A stretch of 64,000 nt of DNA from Bacillota bacterium (GTDB lineage: Bacteria; Bacillota; Bacilli; Bacillales; Bacillaceae_B), in assembly GCA_051750565.1 (NCBI GenBank), contig JBNJJV010000007.1:98901-162900 (forward strand), given 5' to 3'. Every line of letters starts with the position of its first letter. Position 1 is the stretch's first letter. The notes under the pieces were generated by a model, which was not told the DNA's origin, made no database searches, and was given only the letters and a program-made list of their open reading frames with translations. A program made the translations under genes and the position numbers. This document shows positions 8,275 to 16,834 of the stretch, in pieces.

Positions 8275-9433
8275 GCGTTTAGCTGTTGGGTTAATGTCCG
8301 GTACGTCTGTGGATGGGGTGGATGCTGCCCTTGTTTCAATTGAAGGCAGCGGCACGGATACAAAAGTGGAGCTCGTTCATTATTCGACGGCTCCCTTCCC
8401 TCCACACGTAAAAAAGAAGATCTTCGACGTTATGAGTGTCACAGAATCGTCCACTCCCCTCCTTTCCAGCTTGCATTTTGAGCTTGGAGACGTTTATGCC
8501 GAGGCTGTTTTGAAGGTGTGTACAGAGGCTGACGTTTCAGTAGAGGCGTTAGACTTTATCGGATCTCACGGGCAAACGGTCTATCACCAGCCCTTTCATA
8601 CGGAAGATTCGGTTCCTTCCACTCTACAAATTGGTGAGCCGAGCGTGATTGCGTATCGAACAAACACTCAAGTCGTCTCCAATTTCCGCTCCATGGATAT
8701 GGTTGCCGGCGGTGAAGGGGCACCACTTGTACCTTATACTGAATTCCTTCTCTATCGAAAAAAAGATCAGGGAAGACTTCTTCAGAATATTGGCGGCATT
8801 GGAAATGTGACCGTACTTCCTAAAGATTGCGCTCTTCAAGAAGTATTCGCGTTTGATACTGGTCCCGGAAATATGGTTATAGATGGATTATGCGAGCGAC
8901 TATTCGGTCTATCTTTTGATGAGGATGGAGCGATTGCTGCGAAGGGAACGGTCCGCAAAGACGTCGCACAGAAATGGATGGAATGGGAGAAGGATTTCTT
9001 CCTTAAAGAACCTCCAAAATCAACGGGGCGCGAGCTGTTTGGAGAAGTATTCGTGAATCGGATCCTCGAAGAGTTTGGTGATCTTTCGAAAGAAGACCTG
9101 ATTGCGACGGCAACCTACTTCACTGCTCTGACGATTTCGGTTTCTTATGAGAAATTCATTCTTCCAGAGCACCCTATTAACGAAGTCATCATTGGCGGCG
9201 GCGGAAGCTACAATGGGACACTTCTCCGTATGATGAGGGAGCTTCTTCCTCAGTTAGCCATTCACATTCAGGAAGATTTCGGCTATTCTTCCGATGCCAA
9301 AGAAGCGATCGCCTTTGCCCTCCTGGCAAACGAAACGCTTCACGGAAATCCGGGCAACGTCCCAGGAGCAACAGGAGCAGGTAAACCCGTCATACTGGGG
9401 TCCATCACTCCCCGTCCCGTATTTACAAATTGA
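8267..9433 (+). CDS. anmK: Anhydro-N-acetylmuramic acid kinase
   Basis: MSKRLAVGLMSGTSVDGVDAALVSIEGSG... is the AnmK signature N-terminus. It overlaps the upstream gene by 8 nt. Confidence 0.88.
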   Translation: MSKRLAVGLMSGTSVDGVDAALVSIEGSGTDTKVELVHYSTAPFPPHVKKKIFDVMSVTESSTPLLSSLHFELGDVYAEAVLKVCTEADVSVEALDFIGSHGQTVYHQPFHTEDSVPSTLQIGEPSVIAYRTNTQVVSNFRSMDMVAGGEGAPLVPYTEFLLYRKKDQGRLLQNIGGIGNVTVLPKDCALQEVFAFDTGPGNMVIDGLCERLFGLSFDEDGAIAAKGTVRKDVAQKWMEWEKDFFLKEPPKSTGRELFGEVFVNRILEEFGDLSKEDLIATATYFTALTISVSYEKFILPEHPINEVIIGGGGSYNGTLLRMMRELLPQLAIHIQEDFGYSSDAKEAIAFALLANETLHGNPGNVPGATGAGKPVILGSITPRPVFTN

Positions 9434-9529
9434 AAGGCAGGTACTGTAGAGCATGGACCTTCATAAGATCCTACTGAAACGAGAAATCCTCATACATTAA
9501 ACATAGATACATTAAGCACGGAGAATATT

Positions 9530-10351
9530 TTGGAAAAAATCAATGGAGAAGATCAAACTGTTGCATACGCCGTGGAAAAAACCATCCCTGTCGTGGCAGG
9601 TGTGGTCGATTCCATCGTCGCAGGTTTAGAAAAAGGCGGCCGTCTTCTTTATGTAGGTGCAGGCACAAGCGGACGCCTAGGCATCCTTGACGCATCAGAG
9701 TGCCCGCCTACCTTTAGCACAGATCCCGGCAAGGTGATCGGAATCATCGCGGGTGGTGAAAGAGCCATCCAGTTTCCCCTGGAAGGCGCAGAGGATGATG
9801 AAGAAGGCGGCCGCAACGATATCGCGATTCGTGAAGTTGGCGCAAATGATGTCGTGGTTGGTATTGCTGCAAGCGGACGAACGCCTTATACGATAGGGGC
9901 CTTAAAGGAAGCAAAATCAAGAGGTGCTGTAACCGCGTCTGTTGTGTGCTCACCTCAATCCCTAATGTGTGATGTGGCCGATCATTCGATCGTCGCAGAA
10001 GTCGGTCCGGAAGTCGTCACAGGCTCGACACGCATGAAAGCCGGAACAGCCCAAAAACTGATCCTTAATATGCTCACAACCGCATCCATGATCAAACTTG
10101 GCAAAGTATACAGCAATCTCATGGTCGACGTGATGCCTTCAAACGAAAAACTGAAAGTCAGAGCGCGCAACATCATCATGGAAGCAGCGGACGTCTCTGA
10201 ACGAGAAGCAACCGAAGCCCTTGAAACATACGGCAGCGTCAAACCTGCCATCCTATCGCTTCTGACAGGCCTCGAAGAAAAAGAAGTCTACGACCTTCTC
10301 ACCCTTCACAAAGGCCACCTGCGCTCAGCCCTGAAAGCCGCAATGAAATAA
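9530..10351 (+). CDS. murQ: N-acetylmuramic acid 6-phosphate etherase; 5' end appears frameshifted (see finding)
   Basis: GAGTSGRLGILDASECPPTF, AASGRTPY and GSTRMKAGTAQK are SIS/MurQ motifs. The conserved N-terminal TETRNPHTLNIDTLSTENIL is encoded in-frame upstream (9473-9529) but has no start codon. Confidence 0.85.
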   Translation: MEKINGEDQTVAYAVEKTIPVVAGVVDSIVAGLEKGGRLLYVGAGTSGRLGILDASECPPTFSTDPGKVIGIIAGGERAIQFPLEGAEDDEEGGRNDIAIREVGANDVVVGIAASGRTPYTIGALKEAKSRGAVTASVVCSPQSLMCDVADHSIVAEVGPEVVTGSTRMKAGTAQKLILNMLTTASMIKLGKVYSNLMVDVMPSNEKLKVRARNIIMEAADVSEREATEALETYGSVKPAILSLLTGLEEKEVYDLLTLHKGHLRSALKAAMK

Positions 10352-10359
10352 CCTTTTAT

Positions 10360-10371
10360 GAGGGACGGACC
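10360..10371 (+). repeat. Single arm of the GAGGGACGGACC element
   Basis: Exact 12-mer 8 nt after the murQ stop. Confidence 0.9.
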
Positions 10372-10450
10372 TTGACTAAACGTCAGGTATCGTCTCTTTA
10401 CTCTTTTTATATCCGATTTGAAAAACATGTTAAAAAAGGTGGAAATTAGT

Positions 10451-11863
10451 ATGATCACTCCTAACATCAAAAAACGGTTCATCGAAATCGTTGGCAAAGA
10501 AAGTTACAGGGATACTCCCGCGGAAAAGCTTGTCTATTCCTATGACGCAACTCCTAATTACCAATCCATGCCTGACGCGGTCATCGTTCCCCGCTCGACA
10601 GAGGAAGTATCAGAAATCGTGAAAATCTGCAACGAGCATGGCATTCCAATCGTCCCAAGAGGATCCGGAACGAATCTCTGCGCAGGCACCTGCCCTACAG
10701 AAGGCGGACTTGTTCTCTTATTCACCCATATGAACAAGATTCTGGAAGTGGACGAAGAGAATCTGACGGTTACCGCCCAGCCTGGTGTGGTGACCCTGGA
10801 TCTCATTCATACAGTTGAAGCAAAGGGTCTCTTCTATCCTCCTGACCCAAGCTCCATGAAAATCTCAACGATCGGTGGAAATATCAATGAGAACTCCGGT
10901 GGATTGAGAGGATTGAAATATGGAGTTACACGGGATTATGTACTGGCTTTAGAAGCTGTGCTCCCTAACGGAGACATCATCCGTACCGGGGGAAAACTCG
11001 CAAAAGACGTTGCTGGCTATGATTTAACCCGCCTTTTCGTTGGATCTGAAGGAACCCTATGCGTCATCACCGAAGCGACATTAAAGCTCGTTCCCATGCC
11101 TGAAACGAAGCAAACGATGCTGGCCCTCTATCAGGATATTGAAGCAGCTGCCCAAAGCGTTTCAAGTATCATCGCCAATCGTATTATTCCGACTACCCTT
11201 GAATTTTTAGATCAGCCTACACTTGAGGTGGTTGAGGATTTTGCCAAAATCGGGTTACCAACCGATGTAAAAGCAGTACTCTTGATCGAACAGGACGGTC
11301 CTCCGGAAGTGGTTGCACGTGATATGAAACGAATGGAAGAAGTGTGTTTACAGAACAACGCCGTATCCGTTCAATTAGCCAAAACGGAGATAGAAGCAGA
11401 TGCCCTTCGTACCGCCCGCCGCTCTGCCCTATCGGCACTGGCCCGTCTCAAACCGACGACGATTTTAGAGGACGCGACGGTTCCACGCTCGGAAATCGCC
11501 AAGATGGTGAAAGCGATCAATGATATTTCCGATCGCTATGAGTTGAAGATTTGTACCTTTGGTCATGCCGGGGACGGAAACCTTCACCCGACGGTTGCGA
11601 CAGATGCCAGGGACCATGATGAAATAGAACGTGTCGAAGCGGCATTCGAAGAAATCTTTGCTCATGCCATTGAATTGGGCGGAACCATCACTGGAGAACA
11701 CGGTGTCGGCATGATGAAAGCCCCTTACCTCGAATGGAAACTGGGACCCGAAGGCATTGCAGCCATGAAAATAATCAAGCAATCATTCGATTCGAACAAC
11801 ATTATGAATCCGAATAAAGTATTCGCTAAAGAATCAAGAAAACGTGTGGTGATTTCAAGATGA
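10451..11863 (+). CDS. glcD: FAD-linked oxidase, glycolate oxidase/D-lactate dehydrogenase subunit GlcD-like
   Basis: MITPNIKKRFIEIVGKESYRDTPAEKLVYSYDATP...VPRGSGTNLCAG. ATG 10451 follows AAAGGTGG. Confidence 0.85.
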   Translation: MITPNIKKRFIEIVGKESYRDTPAEKLVYSYDATPNYQSMPDAVIVPRSTEEVSEIVKICNEHGIPIVPRGSGTNLCAGTCPTEGGLVLLFTHMNKILEVDEENLTVTAQPGVVTLDLIHTVEAKGLFYPPDPSSMKISTIGGNINENSGGLRGLKYGVTRDYVLALEAVLPNGDIIRTGGKLAKDVAGYDLTRLFVGSEGTLCVITEATLKLVPMPETKQTMLALYQDIEAAAQSVSSIIANRIIPTTLEFLDQPTLEVVEDFAKIGLPTDVKAVLLIEQDGPPEVVARDMKRMEEVCLQNNAVSVQLAKTEIEADALRTARRSALSALARLKPTTILEDATVPRSEIAKMVKAINDISDRYELKICTFGHAGDGNLHPTVATDARDHDEIERVEAAFEEIFAHAIELGGTITGEHGVGMMKAPYLEWKLGPEGIAAMKIIKQSFDSNNIMNPNKVFAKESRKRVVISR

Positions 11864-13179
11864 CAACCCTTCTAGAAAAACAAAAGATACAACAGGAATT
11901 TAAAGACCGCATGGATGAAGATGAATTATTGAATTGTATGAGATGCGGTTTCTGTCTCCCTTCCTGCCCTACGTATATTGAGTCAGGATTTAAAGAATCC
12001 CACTCCCCTCGCGGTCGAATTGCCTTAATTAAGGCAGTGGTGGATGGTGTCATAGAACCCGATGAAGAAGTCGAACGAACATTGGATTTGTGCTTAGGCT
12101 GCAGAGCCTGTGAACCCGTTTGTCCTTCCGGTGTGAACTACGGTCACCTATTAGAAGACGCACGCGATATCATCAATCAAAATAAAAAACATTCCCTTCC
12201 TGTACGGGTCCTTCGAAAAACCGTTTTTGAAGGATTATTCCCACACCAGGACAGAATGAGAATGGTCACGAACCTTCTTGGAATCTACCAACGCTCAGGA
12301 TTGCAGAAGGCGGTCCACAGGACGGGTGTGATAAAACTATTACCGGAAAGCATGGCGACAATGGAACGCGTACTTCCTCAAGTTCCAAAGTTGAAAGACA
12401 TGAAGGAACGCCCAACGTCTCTTTCCTCGATTGGTGACGTCCGTAAAAAAGTCGCTTTCTTCTCTGGCTGTTTAATGGATACGATGTTTCTGGAAACAAA
12501 TAATGCCACTACGAAACTATTGCAGTTGGCAGGCTGTGACATTGTGATCCCAAAGATGCAAACCTGCTGCGGAGCCTTACATGGTCATAGCGGTGAAAAA
12601 AATGCAGCGAAGGATTTGGCAAAGCGAAACATCGCTGCTTTTGAAGAATCAGGAGTCGATTACATCATCACCAATGCCGGGGGATGCGGAGCCTTTCTCG
12701 TCGACTATGATCACTTACTGAAGGATGATCCAGATTGGAAAGAACGTGCGGTTCAATTTATAAATAAAATCAAAGACATCTCTTCCATTCTTGTAGAATT
12801 AGAGTTTCATAAAAAGAAATTGAACATTTCCTCTCAACGGATCACGTATCAGGATTCGTGTCACTTGCGAAACGTGCAGCGTACATTTGCGGAACCAAGG
12901 CTCCTCCTTCGATCAGTGGAAGGTGCTGATTACGTCGAGATGAAACAAGCCGATCACTGTTGCGGATCAGCCGGGATCTACAACATCGTCGAATCAGAAA
13001 TGTCCATGAAGATCCTCGATCACAAAATGGACAACGTCGAACAAACCCAAGCAACCACCATCATCACATCAAACCCAGGCTGCCTCCTCCAAATGAAACT
13101 CGGCATCGAACGGGAAGGCCTATCTAACAAAATGCGTGCAATCCACATCGTAGACTTTTTATTGGAAGCAATTCAGTGA
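11860..13179 (+). CDS. glcF: (Fe-S)-binding subunit GlcF-like (2x 4Fe-4S motifs + CCG domains)
   Basis: CMRCGFCLPSCPTY and CLGCRACEPVCPSGV. It overlaps the glcD stop by 4 nt. Confidence 0.85.
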   Translation: MTTLLEKQKIQQEFKDRMDEDELLNCMRCGFCLPSCPTYIESGFKESHSPRGRIALIKAVVDGVIEPDEEVERTLDLCLGCRACEPVCPSGVNYGHLLEDARDIINQNKKHSLPVRVLRKTVFEGLFPHQDRMRMVTNLLGIYQRSGLQKAVHRTGVIKLLPESMATMERVLPQVPKLKDMKERPTSLSSIGDVRKKVAFFSGCLMDTMFLETNNATTKLLQLAGCDIVIPKMQTCCGALHGHSGEKNAAKDLAKRNIAAFEESGVDYIITNAGGCGAFLVDYDHLLKDDPDWKERAVQFINKIKDISSILVELEFHKKKLNISSQRITYQDSCHLRNVQRTFAEPRLLLRSVEGADYVEMKQADHCCGSAGIYNIVESEMSMKILDHKMDNVEQTQATTIITSNPGCLLQMKLGIEREGLSNKMRAIHIVDFLLEAIQ

Positions 13180-13261
13180 GAGGGACGGACCTCTTCATTT
13201 ACTCAAGTCCCGTTAAATCAACGTTTTGGTTTCGGATGGGGTGATTGGAGGTCCGTCCCTC
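13180..13261. repeat. Long-form GAGGGACGGACC hairpin element (also a likely glcF terminator)
   Basis: The arms are at 13180-13191 and 13250-13261. The core contains TTAAATCAACGTTTTGGT, and a T8 run follows. It starts directly after the glcF stop. Confidence 0.85.
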
Positions 13262-13268
13262 CTTTTTT

Positions 13269-13427
13269 TTACTTTTTGATTTTTAAAAATGAAAAGTAGA
13301 CGAGAAAGGAAAGGATGATTCCATAGGCTGCTAGTAGAGTAAGAGAATTAGTGGCGTTTGATGTAAGCCAGATGGACATGGCTGCGATGAGGACTATTGG
13401 TGCGCTTATCCAGATTGTTTTGTTCAT
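13269..13427 (-). CDS. Small (52 aa) 2-TM membrane protein, below the ORF-track cutoff
   Basis: GGAGGT-N6-ATG(13427): MNKTIWISAPIVLIAAMSIWLTSNATNSLTLLAAYGIILSFLVYFSFLKIKK, with stop TAA at 13269-71. Confidence 0.5.
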   Translation of the reverse strand: MNKTIWISAPIVLIAAMSIWLTSNATNSLTLLAAYGIILSFLVYFSFLKIKK

Positions 13428-13528
13428 TTTTGGACCTCCTTTTGGTACTAAGTAATTGATATTGATATATACGTTTGGGCTGTGGAATGGTTTCCTTTTT
13501 TATTGTTGAGAGGTGGTTGATTTCGGTG

Positions 13529-13812
13529 TGTACCTGGTACAATTCAGGTGTTTGGAGCCTGGTACATTCTAAGGGTTTGTAACTGGTTCATTCTCGCTTA
13601 TTCGCATCCTTGCAAATCAACATATTGGGGACTTCCATCGGGATAATAGATAAATCAGCAGCTTAAAATCGTCACTTATTCAGCTGCTGATTTTCCTGGA
13701 ATATTCAACAGGTGAATTTCTTTGATATTTCAACAGGAGAATAAACGCTATTATTCTCCTGTTGAAACTCATCTAATTTTGCCACCTGATTCCCAGCGTT
13801 TTTTCACCTGTT
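13529..13812. repeat. Word-repeat / nested-hairpin non-coding block
   Basis: TGTACCTGGTACA is at 13529. A 12-bp stem pairs AAATCAGCAGCT (13652) with AGCTGCTGATTT (13682). A 14-bp stem pairs 13731-44 with 13751-64. This is nested inside AACAGGTGAA (13707) / TTCACCTGTT (13803). Confidence 0.8.
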
Positions 13813-13870
13813 AAACTACCACAAATTCAAACCAACAATCACTACACAAAAAGAGACGAACCCCACCCAA

Positions 13871-13931
13871 GGTCCGTCCCTCACTCTAACGTTTTGATTA
13901 GGGGCGTGGGGGGGTTGGAGGTCCGTCCCTC
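13871..13931 (-). repeat. Two same-orientation arms (GGTCCGTCCCTC) of the 12-mer element
   Basis: The arms are at 13871-82 and 13920-31, separated by a core containing AACGTTTTGATTA. The second arm ends 3 nt from the bioA stop. Confidence 0.85.
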
Positions 13932-13934
13932 TCC

Positions 13935-15302
13935 CTAAACCCCAACCGCTCCCTTCGTTGTGATTTCTATAGCTTCCACCATAATCCCTACCATTTTCTC
14001 AAGCTCTTCTTCGGTTGTGGCGAGTGGCGGCATGAAAACGATGGTGTCTCCTATCGGACGGGTTAGCATACCCAGTTCACGCATCTTGATGGTGGTCCAG
14101 TAGCCGACTCTGTCTTCCCATAGGAACTGCTTATTACTGGCTTTATCCTGCACCAACTCAATGCCGCAAATCATTCCAAGCTGTCTAATGCTGCTTACAT
14201 GTGGATGATCCTTTAATGGAGCTAACAAGGATTCAATGATTCTCGCTTTCTCTTGAACTTTCCCAATCAGATTTTCTCTTTCATAGATCTCCAGATTCGC
14301 CAATGCCGCAGCACACCCAAGCTGGTTTCCTGTATAGGAGTGGCCGTGGAAGAAGGTTTTCAGTGATGTGTAATCATCATAGAAAGCTTCATAGACTTCT
14401 TCGGAGGTTAAGGTTGCTGCAATAGGGAGGTATCCTCCGGTGATCCCTTTTGCCACTGTCATGATGTCAGGCTGGACTTGTTCGTGCTCGACTGCGAACA
14501 TTTTGCCTGTACGGCCGAAGCCTGTTGCCACTTCATCGACAATCAGAAGCACCTCATATTTTCGGCAAAGCTTTTCGACCCCTTTAAAGTAGCCCTTTGG
14601 CATAATATTCATGCCGCCAGCACCCTGTATCAACGACTCCACTGTCATCCCGGCAATCTCATGATGATGCTCTTTCAAAATCCCTTCCAGTTCCTCAAGT
14701 GCACGATCTCGAATCTCTTCTTCATCCTCTAAATCCGGGTGATGTACTACATCAGGGAACGGGGCAACGAGTGATTCGAACATAAGAGATTTGTAGACTC
14801 TATGAAAAATGTCCACTTTCCCTACACTGATCGCACCGACCGTATCACCGTGATAGGCATTTTGAAGAGTGATAAACTTATGCTTTTCCGGCTTTCCTTT
14901 ATTTTGCCAATATTGATAGGCCATTTTAATGGCAATTTCAACAGAGGTTGCACCGCTGTCTGAATAAAAGACTCTCGCTAATATCGCCGGAGAAAGTTCA
15001 ACCAGCTTCTCGGCTAACAAAATAGATGGAACATTGGTGGCACCGAGCAAAGTAGAATGTGCGATTTTATCGAGCTGATCCTTAATCGCTTGATTGATTT
15101 CCTCATTACGATGGCCATGAACATTTAGCCAAAGAGAAGAATATCCATCAAGATATAGGTTGCCGTAGATGTCTCGAAGATAAACGCCTTCCCCGCTTTC
15201 AATCACTAACGGATGCTCATCATAATCCTTCATCTGTGTAAACGGAAGCCACATATACTGACTGCTTTTTTCAATTAGCTGCTGTTGGTTCACTCTGTAC
15301 AT
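13935..15302 (-). CDS. bioA: Adenosylmethionine-8-amino-7-oxononanoate aminotransferase
   Basis: [64 protein letters not shown]... is class-III aminotransferase, BioA-type. Confidence 0.88.
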   Translation of the reverse strand: MYRVNQQQLIEKSSQYMWLPFTQMKDYDEHPLVIESGEGVYLRDIYGNLYLDGYSSLWLNVHGHRNEEINQAIKDQLDKIAHSTLLGATNVPSILLAEKLVELSPAILARVFYSDSGATSVEIAIKMAYQYWQNKGKPEKHKFITLQNAYHGDTVGAISVGKVDIFHRVYKSLMFESLVAPFPDVVHHPDLEDEEEIRDRALEELEGILKEHHHEIAGMTVESLIQGAGGMNIMPKGYFKGVEKLCRKYEVLLIVDEVATGFGRTGKMFAVEHEQVQPDIMTVAKGITGGYLPIAATLTSEEVYEAFYDDYTSLKTFFHGHSYTGNQLGCAAALANLEIYERENLIGKVQEKARIIESLLAPLKDHPHVSSIRQLGMICGIELVQDKASNKQFLWEDRVGYWTTIKMRELGMLTRPIGDTIVFMPPLATTEEELEKMVGIMVEAIEITTKGAVGV

Positions 15303-15996
15303 CCTCCTCTAACTCTTCAAGTTTCCAATTTTTAAATAACTCATGTACATCGACTTTTTCAAAAGAATCCTGTGTTATGTATGGCAGTACACCGATTACC
15401 TTTACACCGGTTAATGTTTCGATCATTCGTTTGTTGTCCCGCTCAATCTCAGGCATCTCATCTATGGATGTCTGATTCAGGATGATGCCTGCAATTTCAA
15501 TACTTCGTTGTTTCAATGCCATCACAGACAAGACCGTATGATTAATTGTGCCAAGTCCCGCTCGCGCGACAAGAATGACAGGCAGTGACATTCGTTCTAT
15601 TAAGTCAAGAATGGTCTCTTCTTCGTTTAACGGGACAATCAGCCCTCCCGCTCCTTCAACCAATAAAAGTTCGTGATTGCTTTGTAACTTCTCCACTTGT
15701 TCTAAAATTGGCTTAAGTTCAATCTTCACCCCGTCAATTGAAGCTGCAAGATGAGGAGAGCTTGGCGTTTTTAATAAATATGTATTCCCATCTTTTCCAA
15801 AAGAACGATTAGTGACCTCTTCATAAAATTCAGTATCGGGAGCTACTAGTCTATCTTTCTTCAAAAAAGCTCCACTTTGCACGGGCTTATACGGGAATAC
15901 ATCAATGCCCTTTTCCAAGAAGTACTTAGTTAACAATCCAGTAGTTAAGGTTTTGCCTATATCCGTATCTGTGCCGGTGATGAAAAATCCTTTCAT
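15271..15996 (-). CDS. bioD: Dethiobiotin synthase
   Basis: [22 protein letters not shown]... contains a P-loop. ATG 15996 follows AAGGAGGGA, so the ORF-track start 16137 is too long. Confidence 0.88.
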   Translation of the reverse strand: MKGFFITGTDTDIGKTLTTGLLTKYFLEKGIDVFPYKPVQSGAFLKKDRLVAPDTEFYEEVTNRSFGKDGNTYLLKTPSSPHLAASIDGVKIELKPILEQVEKLQSNHELLLVEGAGGLIVPLNEEETILDLIERMSLPVILVARAGLGTINHTVLSVMALKQRSIEIAGIILNQTSIDEMPEIERDNKRMIETLTGVKVIGVLPYITQDSFEKVDVHELFKNWKLEELEEDVQSEPTAAN

Positions 15997-16012
15997 ATTT
16001 TCCCTCCTTTTT

Positions 16013-16043
16013 ATGTTAACCTTATTTACAAATTGGTTAACAT
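16013..16043. promoter_or_regulatory. BirA operator (bioO-like inverted repeat)
   Basis: ATGTTAACC-N13-GGTTAACAT lies between the divergent bioD-bioA and bioY genes, matching the TGTTAACC/GGTTAACA half-sites known for Bacillus BirA. Confidence 0.7.
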
Positions 16044-16085
16044 TTAAGATAATATCAATCATACCACAGTTTTGGTGAGGAGAAA

Positions 16086-16664
16086 ATGAAAATGGGAAAA
16101 ACGAGAGAATTGGTCTTATGTGGTCTTTTTGCTGCATTAATGGCGGTAGGAGCCAATGTGTCTCCTTTTTTAATGATTGGAGGCGTCCCGGTCACCCTTC
16201 AGTTGATGTTTGCCATCATCGCAGGAGGAATGCTTGGGAGCCGGGTGGGAGCGAAGGCGATGACGGTTTATTTAGCTCTGGGATTAGTAGGGGCACCGGT
16301 CTTTGCACAATTTAAAGGAGGACCTTCAAGTTTACTCAGTCCTACCTTTGGATTTATTCTATCCTTTATCTCGGTTGCGTTCGCCGTGGGAATCGTTTTG
16401 GAAAGGAAGCGCACATTTGGAGGATACCTCACTGCAGGAATTCTGGGTTTATTGTTAAATTACATCATTGGAACGAATTTCATGTACCTGGCCCTAACAT
16501 TTTGGGCGGAAGCACCGGGCGGATTCAGTTACACGGTTGCCTGGGGATGGATGGTTGCGTATCTGCCACTGGACGTAGCAGTCACGGCTGTTTCCATGGT
16601 AGTTCTTCAGCGATTGTATAAGGTGGTTCCGTCGAGGAATATGAGTCCTTCTTTTCATAAATAA
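16086..16664 (+). CDS. bioY: Biotin transporter S-component BioY
   Basis: MKMGKTRELVLCGLFAALMAVGANVSPFLMIGGVPVTLQLMFAIIAGGMLG... Confidence 0.85.
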   Translation: MKMGKTRELVLCGLFAALMAVGANVSPFLMIGGVPVTLQLMFAIIAGGMLGSRVGAKAMTVYLALGLVGAPVFAQFKGGPSSLLSPTFGFILSFISVAFAVGIVLERKRTFGGYLTAGILGLLLNYIIGTNFMYLALTFWAEAPGGFSYTVAWGWMVAYLPLDVAVTAVSMVVLQRLYKVVPSRNMSPSFHK

Positions 16665-16786
16665 GGGGACGGTACAGAGAATTTTTATGGATTGGCAGCT
16701 GAGGGATTGGATTCAGCTGCTGATTTCCGCCTGATTTTCAGCATTTATTTAACAACTGAATCACCCATAAAACCAACTCCATTCCA

Positions 16787-16826
16787 CAAAAAGACACCCA
16801 ACACCTTATAACAGGTATCGGATGTC
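16787..16826 (-). terminator. Rho-independent terminator of panE
   Basis: On the minus strand, GACAUCCGAUACC-loop-GGUGUUGGGUGUC (13 bp including 3 G-U pairs, valid only on this strand) is followed by U5. Confidence 0.75.
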
Positions 16827-16834
16827 TCTCATCT

